Below are positions 20,108 to 29,887 of a stretch of 64,000 nt of DNA, in pieces. Origin of the DNA: Candidatus Latescibacterota bacterium. Lineage in GTDB: Bacteria; Latescibacterota; UBA2968. Location: NCBI GenBank assembly GCA_965204375.1, contig OZ241986.1, positions 5,664,001 through 5,728,000 on the forward strand, written 5' to 3'. The first letter of the stretch is position 1. Each line of letters begins with the position of its first letter. A model generated the notes under the pieces. It had not been told where the DNA came from, did not search any database, and saw only the letters and a program-made list of their open reading frames with translations. Position numbers and translations under genes: made by a program.

Positions 20108-21418
20108 TTATCCGTTGACTGCTTTTCCAAAGCTTGCGACAAATATGAGAAAGTCGGGAAAGTCAACAGTGCCGGATCCGTCGAGATCAAAGGTTGCATT
20201 GGCCGTGCCAAAGGCTTCTGAGAATAGGAGGAAGTCATAAAAGTCAACGGTGAGCGAACCATTGAAGTCGGTGCGTGGGTCAGCGGGGACGAAGATGGCC
20301 GAACCGGTGATGGTCAGGCTGATTGAGGTTTTTTCCGGGTCGTTTGAGATTATGTCGATGGTGCCGGTAATTGGACCTGGGGCTGGCGGATTGAAAGTCA
20401 CGGTGATGTCCTGAGATTGACCGGGTGGCACTGTTAATTGGGTTTCTGAAAGCGCAATGCCCGCGATGTCGGATTGGATGTCTGTGATGTTGAGTGGGCC
20501 TGTACCAGTATTTGTGATGGTAAATGTTGTTGTGACGCCTCTGCCCATTTCGATTTCGCCCAGGCTCAAGTTTTCCTGAATTAGTGATATGGTCGGGAGT
20601 TGAGACGCTTCGATGGTGAGGTTGACAAAAGGGAACTCCAGGGCGCCAACACTTTGTTCGCCGTGTTGCAGGGTGATTTTACCCGAAAATGTGCCGGCTT
20701 GTGTCGGCGTCAGGGTGATTTGTAAGGTTTTGCTTTCGCCGGGTGCTATGGTCAGTGTGGATGGCTCCATTGTGATGCCTTCGGGAGCTGTGTATCCGGT
20801 GATTTCGAGGGGACCGGCACCGGTGTTTTCGATTTTAATTTCGACGGTTTTGGATTGTCCCACTTCAAGGGTTCTGCCAAAGTAGATCTCCGATGGGAAG
20901 AGGGAAATAACAGGCGTTTTGTTGAGTAGTGCATCGACTTGCGCGTTGATCAGGTCATGAGTGCCGGTGGCGATTGCTGTGGTCCTGAGGCGCAAGATGC
21001 CTCCCTGGTCGATGACGAGGATATCTTCGTTGCGAGTGCCGAGGGTTCCGGAGACGCCCGAGGCATTTGTGAGTAGCGGTGTCGTAACACTGGATTGTGT
21101 CAGATAGGATGTTGCCTGTGTGCGGTTGCCGTCATATCTGTCGAGTGTGAGGATCTGTATGCCGGTTTTGTCTTTGTTGCGTTGGTGAATATTTTTTTCA
21201 AAGGCGGGACCCGCCCCTATGCAAGTCCCTCAGTTGTAGCCTACAAAAAAGAGGACGGAGACGGTATTTGTCGAATGGCTGACGCCGTAAAACCTGCCAT
21301 CGGTGGCTTGAAGTTGAAATTCGCCTACTTGTTCGCCTACTCTGGGCTGGGCAAAAGTTGTTGTGCATAAGCCCAAAAATAGGGCGATAGAGAAAATACG
21401 CATTTGCAGGTGTTTCAT
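20108..21418 (-). CDS. Exported UxxC redoxin + two Ig-like (ASH/choice-of-anchor D) domains + dockerin-like EF-hand tail; probable selenoprotein
   Basis: ORFs 21230-21418 and 20108-20995 are in frame and separated by a single TGA (21230-21232): FFVGYN-U-GTC; I translated the gap and found no other stop; tail DFNGSLTVDFYDF/DLDGSGTVDFPDF. Confidence 0.88.
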
Positions 21419-21572
21419 GGTGTTCCTCCATAAGGTGAGAGAATTGACCGCTGATTGCTAATATACTAAATCGCGTGCAAAATGTCACGGGGTTTGCGCT
21501 TGATTTTGGGGTTTGGTTTATCTACATTGTCTTTACGTTTCGAGTGTTCTGCGGTTCCCATTTTTTTCTTCT

Positions 21573-22706
21573 ATGTCTCTATCTATAAATGACTTTGAAG
21601 CTGTGGTTCAGCGCGCCATCGCGCTCCGCGATGGCGGCGATCTGGAAGCGGCTGTTGCGGGTTTTGATGCAGCTGTTGCGATCCGCGATGGCGATCCCGT
21701 TGTGTTTGTTCAGCGCGGGATTACTTATGGGCAATTGGGGAGCTTTGATGCGGCGATTGCAGATTTTGACCGCGCAATCGCTCTGACACCAGATGATCCA
21801 TGGGTGTGGAGCAATCGCGCGATTGCCTGCGGGTTGATGGGGCAGTTTGATGCGGCGATAGATAGTTTCGGAAAGGCTGTTGCGCTCGATCCGGAAAATA
21901 CGCAGGCACTTGCCAGCCGGGGGGAGACCCTGCGCGAGATGGGGCGGTTTGAAGAGGCTCTGGGGGATCTCAATCGGGTTTTGGCGTTGGATGCGGATTA
22001 TTTTGGCGCGCTGATCAGTCGCGGGCATGTGTCGATGCAGTTGGGGCAGTTTAACGCGGCGGCGGTCGATTTTGACCGGGCGATTGCAGTTGGCAATGGG
22101 CATCCGGATGCGTTTGCCGGGCGGGCGGAGATCTATCGACAGGCTGGTGAGGCTGAGGCCGCGATGGAGATGTTTGGGGAGGCTTTGAAGGCGATGCCCG
22201 ATCATCTGGGTGCATTGATCGGACGGGGCGAGGTGCTGCGAGAGTTCGGTCAAGTGGAGGACGCGCTTTTGGATTTTGACCGCGCACTCGTTGTCGCACC
22301 TGACGACCCGGATTTGTTGGCCGCGCGGGGTGATATGTTGCGGCAATTGGGGCGAAGTGCCGAAGCAATACGCGATTTTACACGGGCGCTGGAGATTTTT
22401 CCCGATCATCTGTGGGCACTTATGGGGCGGGGCGTTGCGTTGCGGATGGAAAATGATCCCGAGGCGTCACTGGTCGATTTTGATCGGGCGGTGATGCTGG
22501 AGAACAGGGATGCGTGGATTTGGGCAAATCGCGGGGAGTCTCGACGGATGCTGGGGCAATTTGAGGCAGCGGTTTCGGACTTTACACGGGCGTTGGATAT
22601 CGATCCTGAAAATGGATGGGCACGAGAACTTCGCGCGGAGACGTTTCGTCAAATGGGACGATTTGCCGAGGCGGTTGAAGATATGAATCGGGCACGGGCG
22701 CAATGA
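21573..22706 (+). CDS. TPR repeat protein
   Basis: Almost entirely 34-aa TPR repeats (RG...LG.F..A..DF.RA...P). Confidence 0.92.
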   Translation: MSLSINDFEAVVQRAIALRDGGDLEAAVAGFDAAVAIRDGDPVVFVQRGITYGQLGSFDAAIADFDRAIALTPDDPWVWSNRAIACGLMGQFDAAIDSFGKAVALDPENTQALASRGETLREMGRFEEALGDLNRVLALDADYFGALISRGHVSMQLGQFNAAAVDFDRAIAVGNGHPDAFAGRAEIYRQAGEAEAAMEMFGEALKAMPDHLGALIGRGEVLREFGQVEDALLDFDRALVVAPDDPDLLAARGDMLRQLGRSAEAIRDFTRALEIFPDHLWALMGRGVALRMENDPEASLVDFDRAVMLENRDAWIWANRGESRRMLGQFEAAVSDFTRALDIDPENGWARELRAETFRQMGRFAEAVEDMNRARAQ

Positions 22707-23713
22707 GCGAGTCGCATCATATTGTTGTTGCTGATCGCACGGTTCCGTTTGAAGAGACTATTGAGCGGTTCGGGGAGGCACTGTCCAGGAAGTGTCGGTT
22801 TCAAACGCGCGCGCGGCGGTTTTACGATACGGTGTGGATCGCCGATTGTTATACGGATTACGTGCAGTCGGCGCTGTTTCGCAAATACGAAGGGCCTCTG
22901 ATGGAGGGTATCGCGCTTCGCACGATGGGCAAGGGGCTTTCCAAACAGCAAGTGCTGGCCGGGGCGATGGCAGAGGCGGTAGAGCGCATTTCGTTTTTTG
23001 ATGCGCTGGCGAGCGGGAGGGAGACTCCCATTTATGAGTTGACTACCGATGTAGAGCTTGTGCCGTCCAGTATGAAGGTGTCGGATGTGCCGCATTTGAA
23101 TGATTCGGCAAATGGGGTATCGGCGGGTAATACTGTGCTGGAGTGCGTGTTTCACGGTTTGCTGGAGATGCACGAGCACCTGGATGTGGGGAGGCATTTT
23201 TACTGGCCCGGGTTGGAACACCGGCAATTTATCGATCCGAATTTGACGGGTTTTTCCCCTCGCGTCACAGAGAAGATGCTGGCTGTGGCCGTGCCGGGGG
23301 AAAATGAGAAGGTGACGACGGTTCACGCGGTGGTGTGCCCCAAAGATTTGGGACCTCTGGTGCGTACATGCACGCATTTGGATGGGCGCATGGCATTGCA
23401 GCGGGCGTTTAATGAGACTGTTCAGAGTCACAAAACGCGGTTTGTATCTGATTTGCAGACTTTTGATGCCGAGATTGCACTGTGGGATTTGCCCAATCAT
23501 TTTACGGATGATTTGATAACTGATATTCAGGTGGTTTTGGGCGGTATGAAAAATTCGGTTTATGTGCAGGATTGGACAGATCCAGAGATGCAAATTCCAG
23601 TGTTGCGGCCATTTAGTTTAAAGACCTCAGAACACGAGCGGGACCACGCCATGATCGAGACGTATGTGCATCGCATTATGGTGGATTCGGGCAATTATAT
23701 TGTTTGGACGTGA
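22703..23713 (+). CDS. Compact YcaO-like family protein
   Basis: GKG......GAMAEAVER and SANGVSAGN....C..HGLLE motifs; IPV near the C-terminus; ATGA overlap with the TPR gene. Confidence 0.8.
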   Translation: MSESHHIVVADRTVPFEETIERFGEALSRKCRFQTRARRFYDTVWIADCYTDYVQSALFRKYEGPLMEGIALRTMGKGLSKQQVLAGAMAEAVERISFFDALASGRETPIYELTTDVELVPSSMKVSDVPHLNDSANGVSAGNTVLECVFHGLLEMHEHLDVGRHFYWPGLEHRQFIDPNLTGFSPRVTEKMLAVAVPGENEKVTTVHAVVCPKDLGPLVRTCTHLDGRMALQRAFNETVQSHKTRFVSDLQTFDAEIALWDLPNHFTDDLITDIQVVLGGMKNSVYVQDWTDPEMQIPVLRPFSLKTSEHERDHAMIETYVHRIMVDSGNYIVWT

Positions 23714-23716
23714 TGT

Positions 23717-23810
23717 GACGAATAGACGAATAGACGAATAGACGAATAGACGAATGGAGATACACACTGATTTTGGGAGGATGGGCGGGGTTCGTAGATT
23801 CGTAGATTCG
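23717..23810. repeat. Dispersed intergenic repeat copy 2 with a GACGAATA tandem
   Basis: 4 perfect + 1 imperfect 8-mers, followed by the core shared with 1641-1703. Confidence 0.85.
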
Positions 23811-23831
23811 CGACTGCCGCAGGAGGATTCA

Positions 23832-24677
23832 ATGATACCAAAAGCCATTTATCGATTCGGCGTTTTGGGTATTGCATTGACCATGGCTTGTAGCAAGGCG
23901 GCCGATCCTGAATATGTGATTGAAGAATCTGTTGTGACCACGCCTGCGGGTACTGAGCATGTGCAGGTTTTTGTTCCGGCCAGTACTTTTACGATGGGGG
24001 CGAGCGATGGTCCCACCAATGAACGTCCGCCGCACGAGGTGATGCTCGATGCATTTTATATCGATAAATACGAGGTGACCAACGCGCAGTATTTGGCTTA
24101 TGTCGAGGCCACGGGAAGTGAACATTCGCAGTTTTTTGGGATAGAGGGCTTTGACCAGCCCGATCAGCCGGTGGTGGGGGCTTTGTGGTCTCAGGCGCGG
24201 GATTATTGCCAGTGGGCGGGTTTGCAATTGCCGAGCGAGGCGCAATGGGAATTGGCCGCTGCGGGTACGGATGGGCGCATGTTTCCCTGGGGCAATGAGC
24301 CTGCGAGTGAATTGCTGTGCAATTTTAATTTCAGTTCGGGCCCCATGCCTGTGGGCAGCTATCCAGATGGTGCAAGTCCTTATGGCGCGATGGATATGGC
24401 GGGCAATGTGTGGGAGTGGACGCTGGATGAATATCAGCATACGTATTACGCAAATAGCCCCATGCACAATCCGGTGAATTTGCAAAATTCAGGTATGGAA
24501 GATGGGCCAGATCGCACGTTGCGCGGTGGGAGTTGGTTTTCACCACAACCCAGTATCCGCGTGTTTGTGCGGAGTACGGTTTTGATTATGGAAGAGCAAG
24601 CTCTGTCGCGCGACGATTTTGATACTTATGAAATATTTGCCCATATTGGGTTTCGGTGTGCGCGGGGAGAGCCTTAA
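23832..24677 (+). CDS. FGE-sulfatase (SUMF1-fold) domain lipoprotein, probably non-catalytic
   Basis: Lipobox MAC; FTMG, YEVTNAQY, LPSEAQWE, DMAGNVWEW, RGGSW, GFRC; catalytic Cys pair absent. Confidence 0.88.
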   Translation: MIPKAIYRFGVLGIALTMACSKAADPEYVIEESVVTTPAGTEHVQVFVPASTFTMGASDGPTNERPPHEVMLDAFYIDKYEVTNAQYLAYVEATGSEHSQFFGIEGFDQPDQPVVGALWSQARDYCQWAGLQLPSEAQWELAAAGTDGRMFPWGNEPASELLCNFNFSSGPMPVGSYPDGASPYGAMDMAGNVWEWTLDEYQHTYYANSPMHNPVNLQNSGMEDGPDRTLRGGSWFSPQPSIRVFVRSTVLIMEEQALSRDDFDTYEIFAHIGFRCARGEP

Positions 24678-24772
24678 TTGTATTAAAAAAGCCAAGTCAT
24701 CGCATTGGTGGCCGTTGCTCTTGTGGGGGTGACGGTTTACATTTTTTTATTGGCGCATCAACAGGACGTGTT

Positions 24773-27538
24773 ATGCGGTTTGGGAAATTTCACATTTTAT
24801 GGGTGATTCTGGTGTTTGCGTCGTGCAGCCGGGAGCGCGAGGTGCCCAATTTGGTGCGTGCTTCTGAGCCGGGGTTTACGGGGCTGGAACGGTGCGCTGC
24901 CTGCCATACCGACAAGTATGCCGAGTGGCGGCAGAGTTTGCACAGTGTCGCTATGACTGTGCCGAGTGATTCGACGATTGTGGGCGATTTTGACAATGTG
25001 TCCCATGTGTATGGCGGTGTGCGTTCGCGCATGTTTCGCAGGGGTGGTGCGTATTATATGCAGACTGAGGATAAGGATGGGCGCGTTGAGGCATATCGCG
25101 TGGATTACGCGATTGGCAAGCGACAGCATCAGGCTTATTTGACGGCTTTTCCCAATGGGCGATGGCAGGTGTTGCCGCTGTATCACGATGGCGCGACAAA
25201 TGATTGGGTCGATGCACAAGAAGGGGGGGTGGTGGCTCAGTCGCGGCCCCTGTCGGGAGAAGATTATTATTTCTGGACGAATGCGGGGCGCACGTGGAAT
25301 TTTCACTGTTTTGATTGCCATGCCAGCCGGGTGCAAAAGCATTACGATGTGCCTACTCAGGCTTATCGCACGACTGTGGGCAGTCTGAGTATTGATTGCG
25401 AGGCGTGTCACGGGCCGTCGGGCAAGCACGATGAGACGCGCGGACAGGTCGATGCCCCGTTGCATTTGCTGTTGTTGCGGTCGCTGGATAAGGAACGAGC
25501 TGTTGAAGTGTGTGCCCAGTGTCATGCTGCCAAGGAGATTGTGGCGACCGGGTATTTGCCGGGTGAGAATTTTTACGATTATTATTCTCTTGTGTTGCCA
25601 GATGACGAGGCGATTTTTTATCCCGATGGACAGCCCCGGGTTTATTTATATCCCACAGCATTGCATTTGATGAGTGCGTGCTATGTTCAGGGCGAATTGA
25701 CATGTACGACATGCCACGACGCGCACGGAACAGCGCGCGATGTCGATCTGGTGGCGGATCGAAATGGCGTGGAGTTGTGCGAAACGTGTCACGGTGATAT
25801 CGCAGCTGATCCGGTCGCGCATGGGCATCACCGCGCGGGCAGTGTGGGCAATCAATGCGTGCAATGTCATATGCCGTATCACTATGTGACGGGGGAAAAT
25901 TTGACGGATCATCGCATTGCATCTCCTGCGCCTGAAAATACGGTGGTCAATGGCGTGCCCAATGCGTGCAATCAATGTCACGACGATAAGTCTCCGCAAT
26001 GGGCTTCTGCGTGGGCAAAGCAGTGGTACGGCGATTATCAGCGCGAAATTGTGGCGCGTACAACGGCGATTGCCAATGGGCAAAAGGGCGGTGGGGTGGC
26101 ACCGTTGATGCAGTTGGTAAACGACGGGGGTGAGAGTGCGGTTTGGCGTGCAACGGCTGCGTCTTTGCTGGGGAGCCTGGGGGATGTACGCGCAGTGCCA
26201 GCGCTGGTTGAGGCGATGGACGATTCGCATGCGATGGTGCGGATGAAAGCCGCGATTTCGCTGGGGCGTTTGGGCGATGTACGCGGTCTGTCTGCGCTTT
26301 TGGATGCGTTGTCCGATTCAGCGCGTATTGTGCGGGTGCAAGCGCCGTTCGCGCTGATGGATATTGGCTATTTGCCAGATGGTTCTGCTGTGGGCGATGC
26401 GTTTCGCAAGGCACTTGAGGAGCATCGCGATGTGGTGTATGGCGTGCAGGGCGACGATCCGGGCTTTCACGAGAGTTTGGGACAGGTGTATGAAGCGCAG
26501 GGGCTTTTTGAAGATGCGAGGCGGGAGTTTGAGATTGTTGCGAAGTTAGATCCCCGGCATCCGGAGACCGCGGCTGATCTGGCGCGATTGGCGCAAAAAC
26601 AGAAGCGTTTTGGGCAGATGAGGGACTCGCTCAAGGAGAAGGGCGATTTGATTTCTCGATTGCGCGCAGGTGCATTGCTGTTGCACCACGGGCGCTATGT
26701 AGATGCTGCGGTTGCTTTTGATGATGTGCGCGATGGTTCGCCCGTTTTGCATACTGCTGTGGGGAATGCGCTGTGGGGCAGTGGGGACCGCGCAGGTGCT
26801 ATCGAAGTCTATCGCCGTGCGCTTGCAATTGCGCCGGGATACAAACCGGTGATTCGACAACTCGCGTTATTGGCGTTTTCGGCTGGCGATGGCGAGGTGC
26901 GCGATGATTATGAGTGGGACGAGATGCCGATAGGCGATTGGGTGGAAAAGGGGACGGCACACGCACTGTCGGGCGATTGGGCACTGGCACGCGCGGCATA
27001 CCGCAGAGCGCTGGAAATGGAGGATGCGGGTACGGGATTATTTGGGTTGGGCAGGCAGGCGCGAGAAGCGGGGATCGCAAAATCGGATTCGGCTTTTGCC
27101 ACCGGGCACCGCGTCTATGTACAGGGTGCGCTGGCAGATGCGTTGCCGCATTTTGAAGTTGCGAAAAAATACCATGCCAACCGCGCCGATGTGTATGCGA
27201 TGCAGGGGCTTATTCGCGCTGATTTGGGCGAGTTAGAGGTTGCCGAGTCTCTTTTGCTCGATGCGTTGATTGTCGATCCTTTTTATGTGCCCGCGCTTAC
27301 GGTGCTGGGTACGGTTTTACAGGAGCGCGGCGATATAGAAGGTGCGCTGTCTGTGTATCGACAAGCGTGGGTGCTGGAGCCGGAAGCGCAGGGGTTGGAG
27401 TTGTTTATGGGACAGGCTTATGCCATAAGTGGACAGCGAGATAGTGCGATTGTGGTTTTGCGGCGCGTGATTGCGCGCGAGCCGGGCAATGTGCAGGTGC
27501 GCGATTTGTTGCGCGAATTGGAAGGGCGTGAATTGTGA
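24773..27538 (+). CDS. Multiheme cytochrome c (8 CxxCH) with HEAT and TPR repeats
   Basis: CAACH, CFDCH, CEACH, CAQCH, CTTCH, CETCH, CVQCH, CNQCH; lipoprotein-like signal. Confidence 0.9.
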   Translation: MRFGKFHILWVILVFASCSREREVPNLVRASEPGFTGLERCAACHTDKYAEWRQSLHSVAMTVPSDSTIVGDFDNVSHVYGGVRSRMFRRGGAYYMQTEDKDGRVEAYRVDYAIGKRQHQAYLTAFPNGRWQVLPLYHDGATNDWVDAQEGGVVAQSRPLSGEDYYFWTNAGRTWNFHCFDCHASRVQKHYDVPTQAYRTTVGSLSIDCEACHGPSGKHDETRGQVDAPLHLLLLRSLDKERAVEVCAQCHAAKEIVATGYLPGENFYDYYSLVLPDDEAIFYPDGQPRVYLYPTALHLMSACYVQGELTCTTCHDAHGTARDVDLVADRNGVELCETCHGDIAADPVAHGHHRAGSVGNQCVQCHMPYHYVTGENLTDHRIASPAPENTVVNGVPNACNQCHDDKSPQWASAWAKQWYGDYQREIVARTTAIANGQKGGGVAPLMQLVNDGGESAVWRATAASLLGSLGDVRAVPALVEAMDDSHAMVRMKAAISLGRLGDVRGLSALLDALSDSARIVRVQAPFALMDIGYLPDGSAVGDAFRKALEEHRDVVYGVQGDDPGFHESLGQVYEAQGLFEDARREFEIVAKLDPRHPETAADLARLAQKQKRFGQMRDSLKEKGDLISRLRAGALLLHHGRYVDAAVAFDDVRDGSPVLHTAVGNALWGSGDRAGAIEVYRRALAIAPGYKPVIRQLALLAFSAGDGEVRDDYEWDEMPIGDWVEKGTAHALSGDWALARAAYRRALEMEDAGTGLFGLGRQAREAGIAKSDSAFATGHRVYVQGALADALPHFEVAKKYHANRADVYAMQGLIRADLGELEVAESLLLDALIVDPFYVPALTVLGTVLQERGDIEGALSVYRQAWVLEPEAQGLELFMGQAYAISGQRDSAIVVLRRVIAREPGNVQVRDLLRELEGREL

Positions 27539-28728
27539 AGCGCTGGATGAAAATTGTCGGTGTTGGCGTGCTGGCGTTGGGTTGCGTCTCTGGTGTGTTT
27601 TATGTGTTGCAGCCGGAAGAGGCGGTTCGGTTTGCCGCTCGCCCGGGTTTTTTGTGGCGCATCCAGAGTGACCAGTCGTGCGAAGGGTGTCATCGGAATA
27701 TCGATCCGGGTATGGATAAACAGTGGCGCGAAAGTGCCCATTTTCGAGCCAATGTGGGGTGTGCAGATTGTCACGGCGAGAACCACGAGACGGTTTTTGC
27801 TGTTCGGGGGCAGGTGTCGGCGGGGATGTGTGGCAAATGTCACGCAGAAGAGGTTGCGGCATTTGCCGAGAGCGGACATGCCGATGCAGAATTGGCCGCG
27901 TTGTCAGATGCGCGTTTTTTGGCGCAGTCTCGCGCGATGCAAGAAGAGGGGTGTATGGGGTGCCACAGCATTGGTGCCCGGTTTGCCGATGGCAGCGTGG
28001 GGGGGTGCAATACCTGTCATCCGAGTCATGAATTTAGTGCGGCGCTTGCGCGAGAGCCAGAGGCATGTGCCGTTTGTCACGGCGGTCCGGATCATCCGGT
28101 GATGGAGGCGTATAAGACGAGTATTCACGGGGTTTTGTATTATGCGGATAGGGATGCTGAGAAGTCGCCGAGTTGTGTGACGTGTCACATGCCCAATGGC
28201 GATCACGGGCATGTGGCTAATATCGGGTTGGGTGCGGTATTTACGGGCGCGGTACTCGAGGAGGATTTTTTGCCGCATCTGGCGATGAAGCGTTTGACAA
28301 AAGAGGAATTTGAAGCGAATCGGAATGCGATGTTGCAAGTGTGCGCGCCGTGTCATTCCAATCGGTTTTCTCGAGAGAGCCTTGAGCGCGCAGATGCGAT
28401 TAAGCGCGAGGCAGACGCGCTGGTTGCGGAATCTTATGCGTTGATTAAGGCGTTGTACGATGAAGGAGCGTTGGATCCCATGCCCGAAGACCGTCCGGCC
28501 AATCCGGTGGTTGGACACGCTTTTGAGCTGGGCGGGCAGCAGTTATACGAAAATACATCGGAGATTGAGCAGGCGTTTTTCAGGTTGTTCAAGTTTTATC
28601 ACGCGACTACGTTTAAGGCGGCGTATCACCATTCGCCAGATTATACGCATTGGGAGGGTATCGTGCGGATGAAGATGGAGATGGATAAAATCCGTACGGA
28701 GGCAAGGCGGTTGCGGAAAGGCAACTGA
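27535..28728 (+). CDS. Octaheme cytochrome c, hydroxylamine-oxidoreductase (HAO)-family-like
   Basis: 8 CxxCH, GPDHP after heme 6, C-terminal HSPDYTHWEG. Confidence 0.82.
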   Translation: MKRWMKIVGVGVLALGCVSGVFYVLQPEEAVRFAARPGFLWRIQSDQSCEGCHRNIDPGMDKQWRESAHFRANVGCADCHGENHETVFAVRGQVSAGMCGKCHAEEVAAFAESGHADAELAALSDARFLAQSRAMQEEGCMGCHSIGARFADGSVGGCNTCHPSHEFSAALAREPEACAVCHGGPDHPVMEAYKTSIHGVLYYADRDAEKSPSCVTCHMPNGDHGHVANIGLGAVFTGAVLEEDFLPHLAMKRLTKEEFEANRNAMLQVCAPCHSNRFSRESLERADAIKREADALVAESYALIKALYDEGALDPMPEDRPANPVVGHAFELGGQQLYENTSEIEQAFFRLFKFYHATTFKAAYHHSPDYTHWEGIVRMKMEMDKIRTEARRLRKGN

Positions 28729-28749
28729 TCTTCGCGGTGTGGAATGGCC

Positions 28750-28809
28750 GTAGGGGCGAGGCAGGCCTCGCCCGTGTTTGTCATCGCGGCATGATTTTGA
28801 GCCGCGATC
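28750..28809. repeat. REP-like palindrome plus a GTCATCGCGGC...GCCGCGATC palindrome
   Basis: GTAGGGGCGAGGC-AG-GCCTCGCCC; the second element resembles 61545-61646. Confidence 0.65.
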
Positions 28810-29098
28810 AAGTGTTTGTATTGTAAGTGATTACTAAACTGTTAAAAGATGTAAAAAAAATGAGTTGCATAGCGCATAATTTTTTTTTACATTAAATCGA
28901 AATTTTTGGAAACATTTTTGAAACAAACTTTTAATCTGTTGTGTCTTGATGGCTGTTTTTGTGCTGTATGTTTCAGATGTGAGAAGAAAATAATAAAATA
29001 AAAAGGAGGTGATGGATAGAGATAGATTTGTTTTGCGTTGCATATAGTAAAGTTGTTAAGTCGTTCATTTTTCGCAGTTTGCGAAAGGAGGTAGCACT

Positions 29099-29872
29099 TT
29101 GAGATGGTTTAAAGTTCTGAGTTTTGTCGTCGCAGGTGTGTTGGCGTCGGCAAGCATGTCTTCGGCTCAGGTTGCCGGCAAGTGGGGTCTGGGCGGTTTT
29201 GTCAGCTATACCAATCCCCTGTTCACCTTTGGTGAACGGTTTGGCAGTGGTGTGGATAAATGGGGGCTTACTGCCAGTCGCGTGAGTAGCTCTCGCCTGA
29301 CCGTTGAAGCCGAATTTCACCACACGCAGATGGATGGTGGTGCTCTGGAAACCGGTGAGTTTACCTGGTCCCCCAAGGCTTTGACAGCCAAACAATACAG
29401 CAGCAAAGATATCAACCCGAATAGTTCGCACACGAATCGCTTTAATAGTGTGCTATTGTCCGGGTTGTGGTTTTTTAATGCGGACCGTTCAATGGATGAG
29501 GGGAGTTTTTCGCCCTATATCGTTGCGGGTGGCGGTGTTTACGATCACAAGACCATAGCAGAAAATATCGTTTGGCCGGGGCAGAGTCCGACCGATGCCA
29601 GCGGTGTAGATGCGACGAATGTGGATGCCCAGGGCGATATTTTGCCCCAGGTAGTGATGGACCGTCAGGAAGATACACGCACGGCCGTGACCGCGGTGTT
29701 GGGGTTGGGGTTGGAAGCGCATGTGACGCAGACGATCGCGCTGGATGTGCGTGCGCGGTATCATTTTATTCTCGGCGAACTCCGCCCTCGAGATGCATGG
29801 GGTCTGGATAAGGCATTTCCGCTTCAGATGTTTGATCTGAGTGCTGGGTTCAAGTTTTATTTTTGGGACTAA
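29099..29872 (+). CDS. Small outer-membrane beta-barrel protein
   Basis: Signal peptide, SPYIVAGGG, amphipathic strands, aromatic C-terminus; TTG start with AGGAGG. Confidence 0.82.
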   Translation: MRWFKVLSFVVAGVLASASMSSAQVAGKWGLGGFVSYTNPLFTFGERFGSGVDKWGLTASRVSSSRLTVEAEFHHTQMDGGALETGEFTWSPKALTAKQYSSKDINPNSSHTNRFNSVLLSGLWFFNADRSMDEGSFSPYIVAGGGVYDHKTIAENIVWPGQSPTDASGVDATNVDAQGDILPQVVMDRQEDTRTAVTAVLGLGLEAHVTQTIALDVRARYHFILGELRPRDAWGLDKAFPLQMFDLSAGFKFYFWD

Positions 29873-29887
29873 AGGAGGTAAAAGTTG

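Noticed and set aside
23717-23756. Tandem repeat as CRISPR array
   Set aside because: 8-bp units without spacers; no cas genes
23832-24677. True formylglycine-generating enzyme for the sulfatase
   Set aside because: Catalytic Cys pair after RGGS is absent and the protein has a lipoprotein signal
29002-29047. Micro-ORFs after strong SD-like sequences (MDRDRFVLRCI; also MADIFA at 33297)
   Set aside because: SD-to-start spacing of only 1-2 nt and no other support
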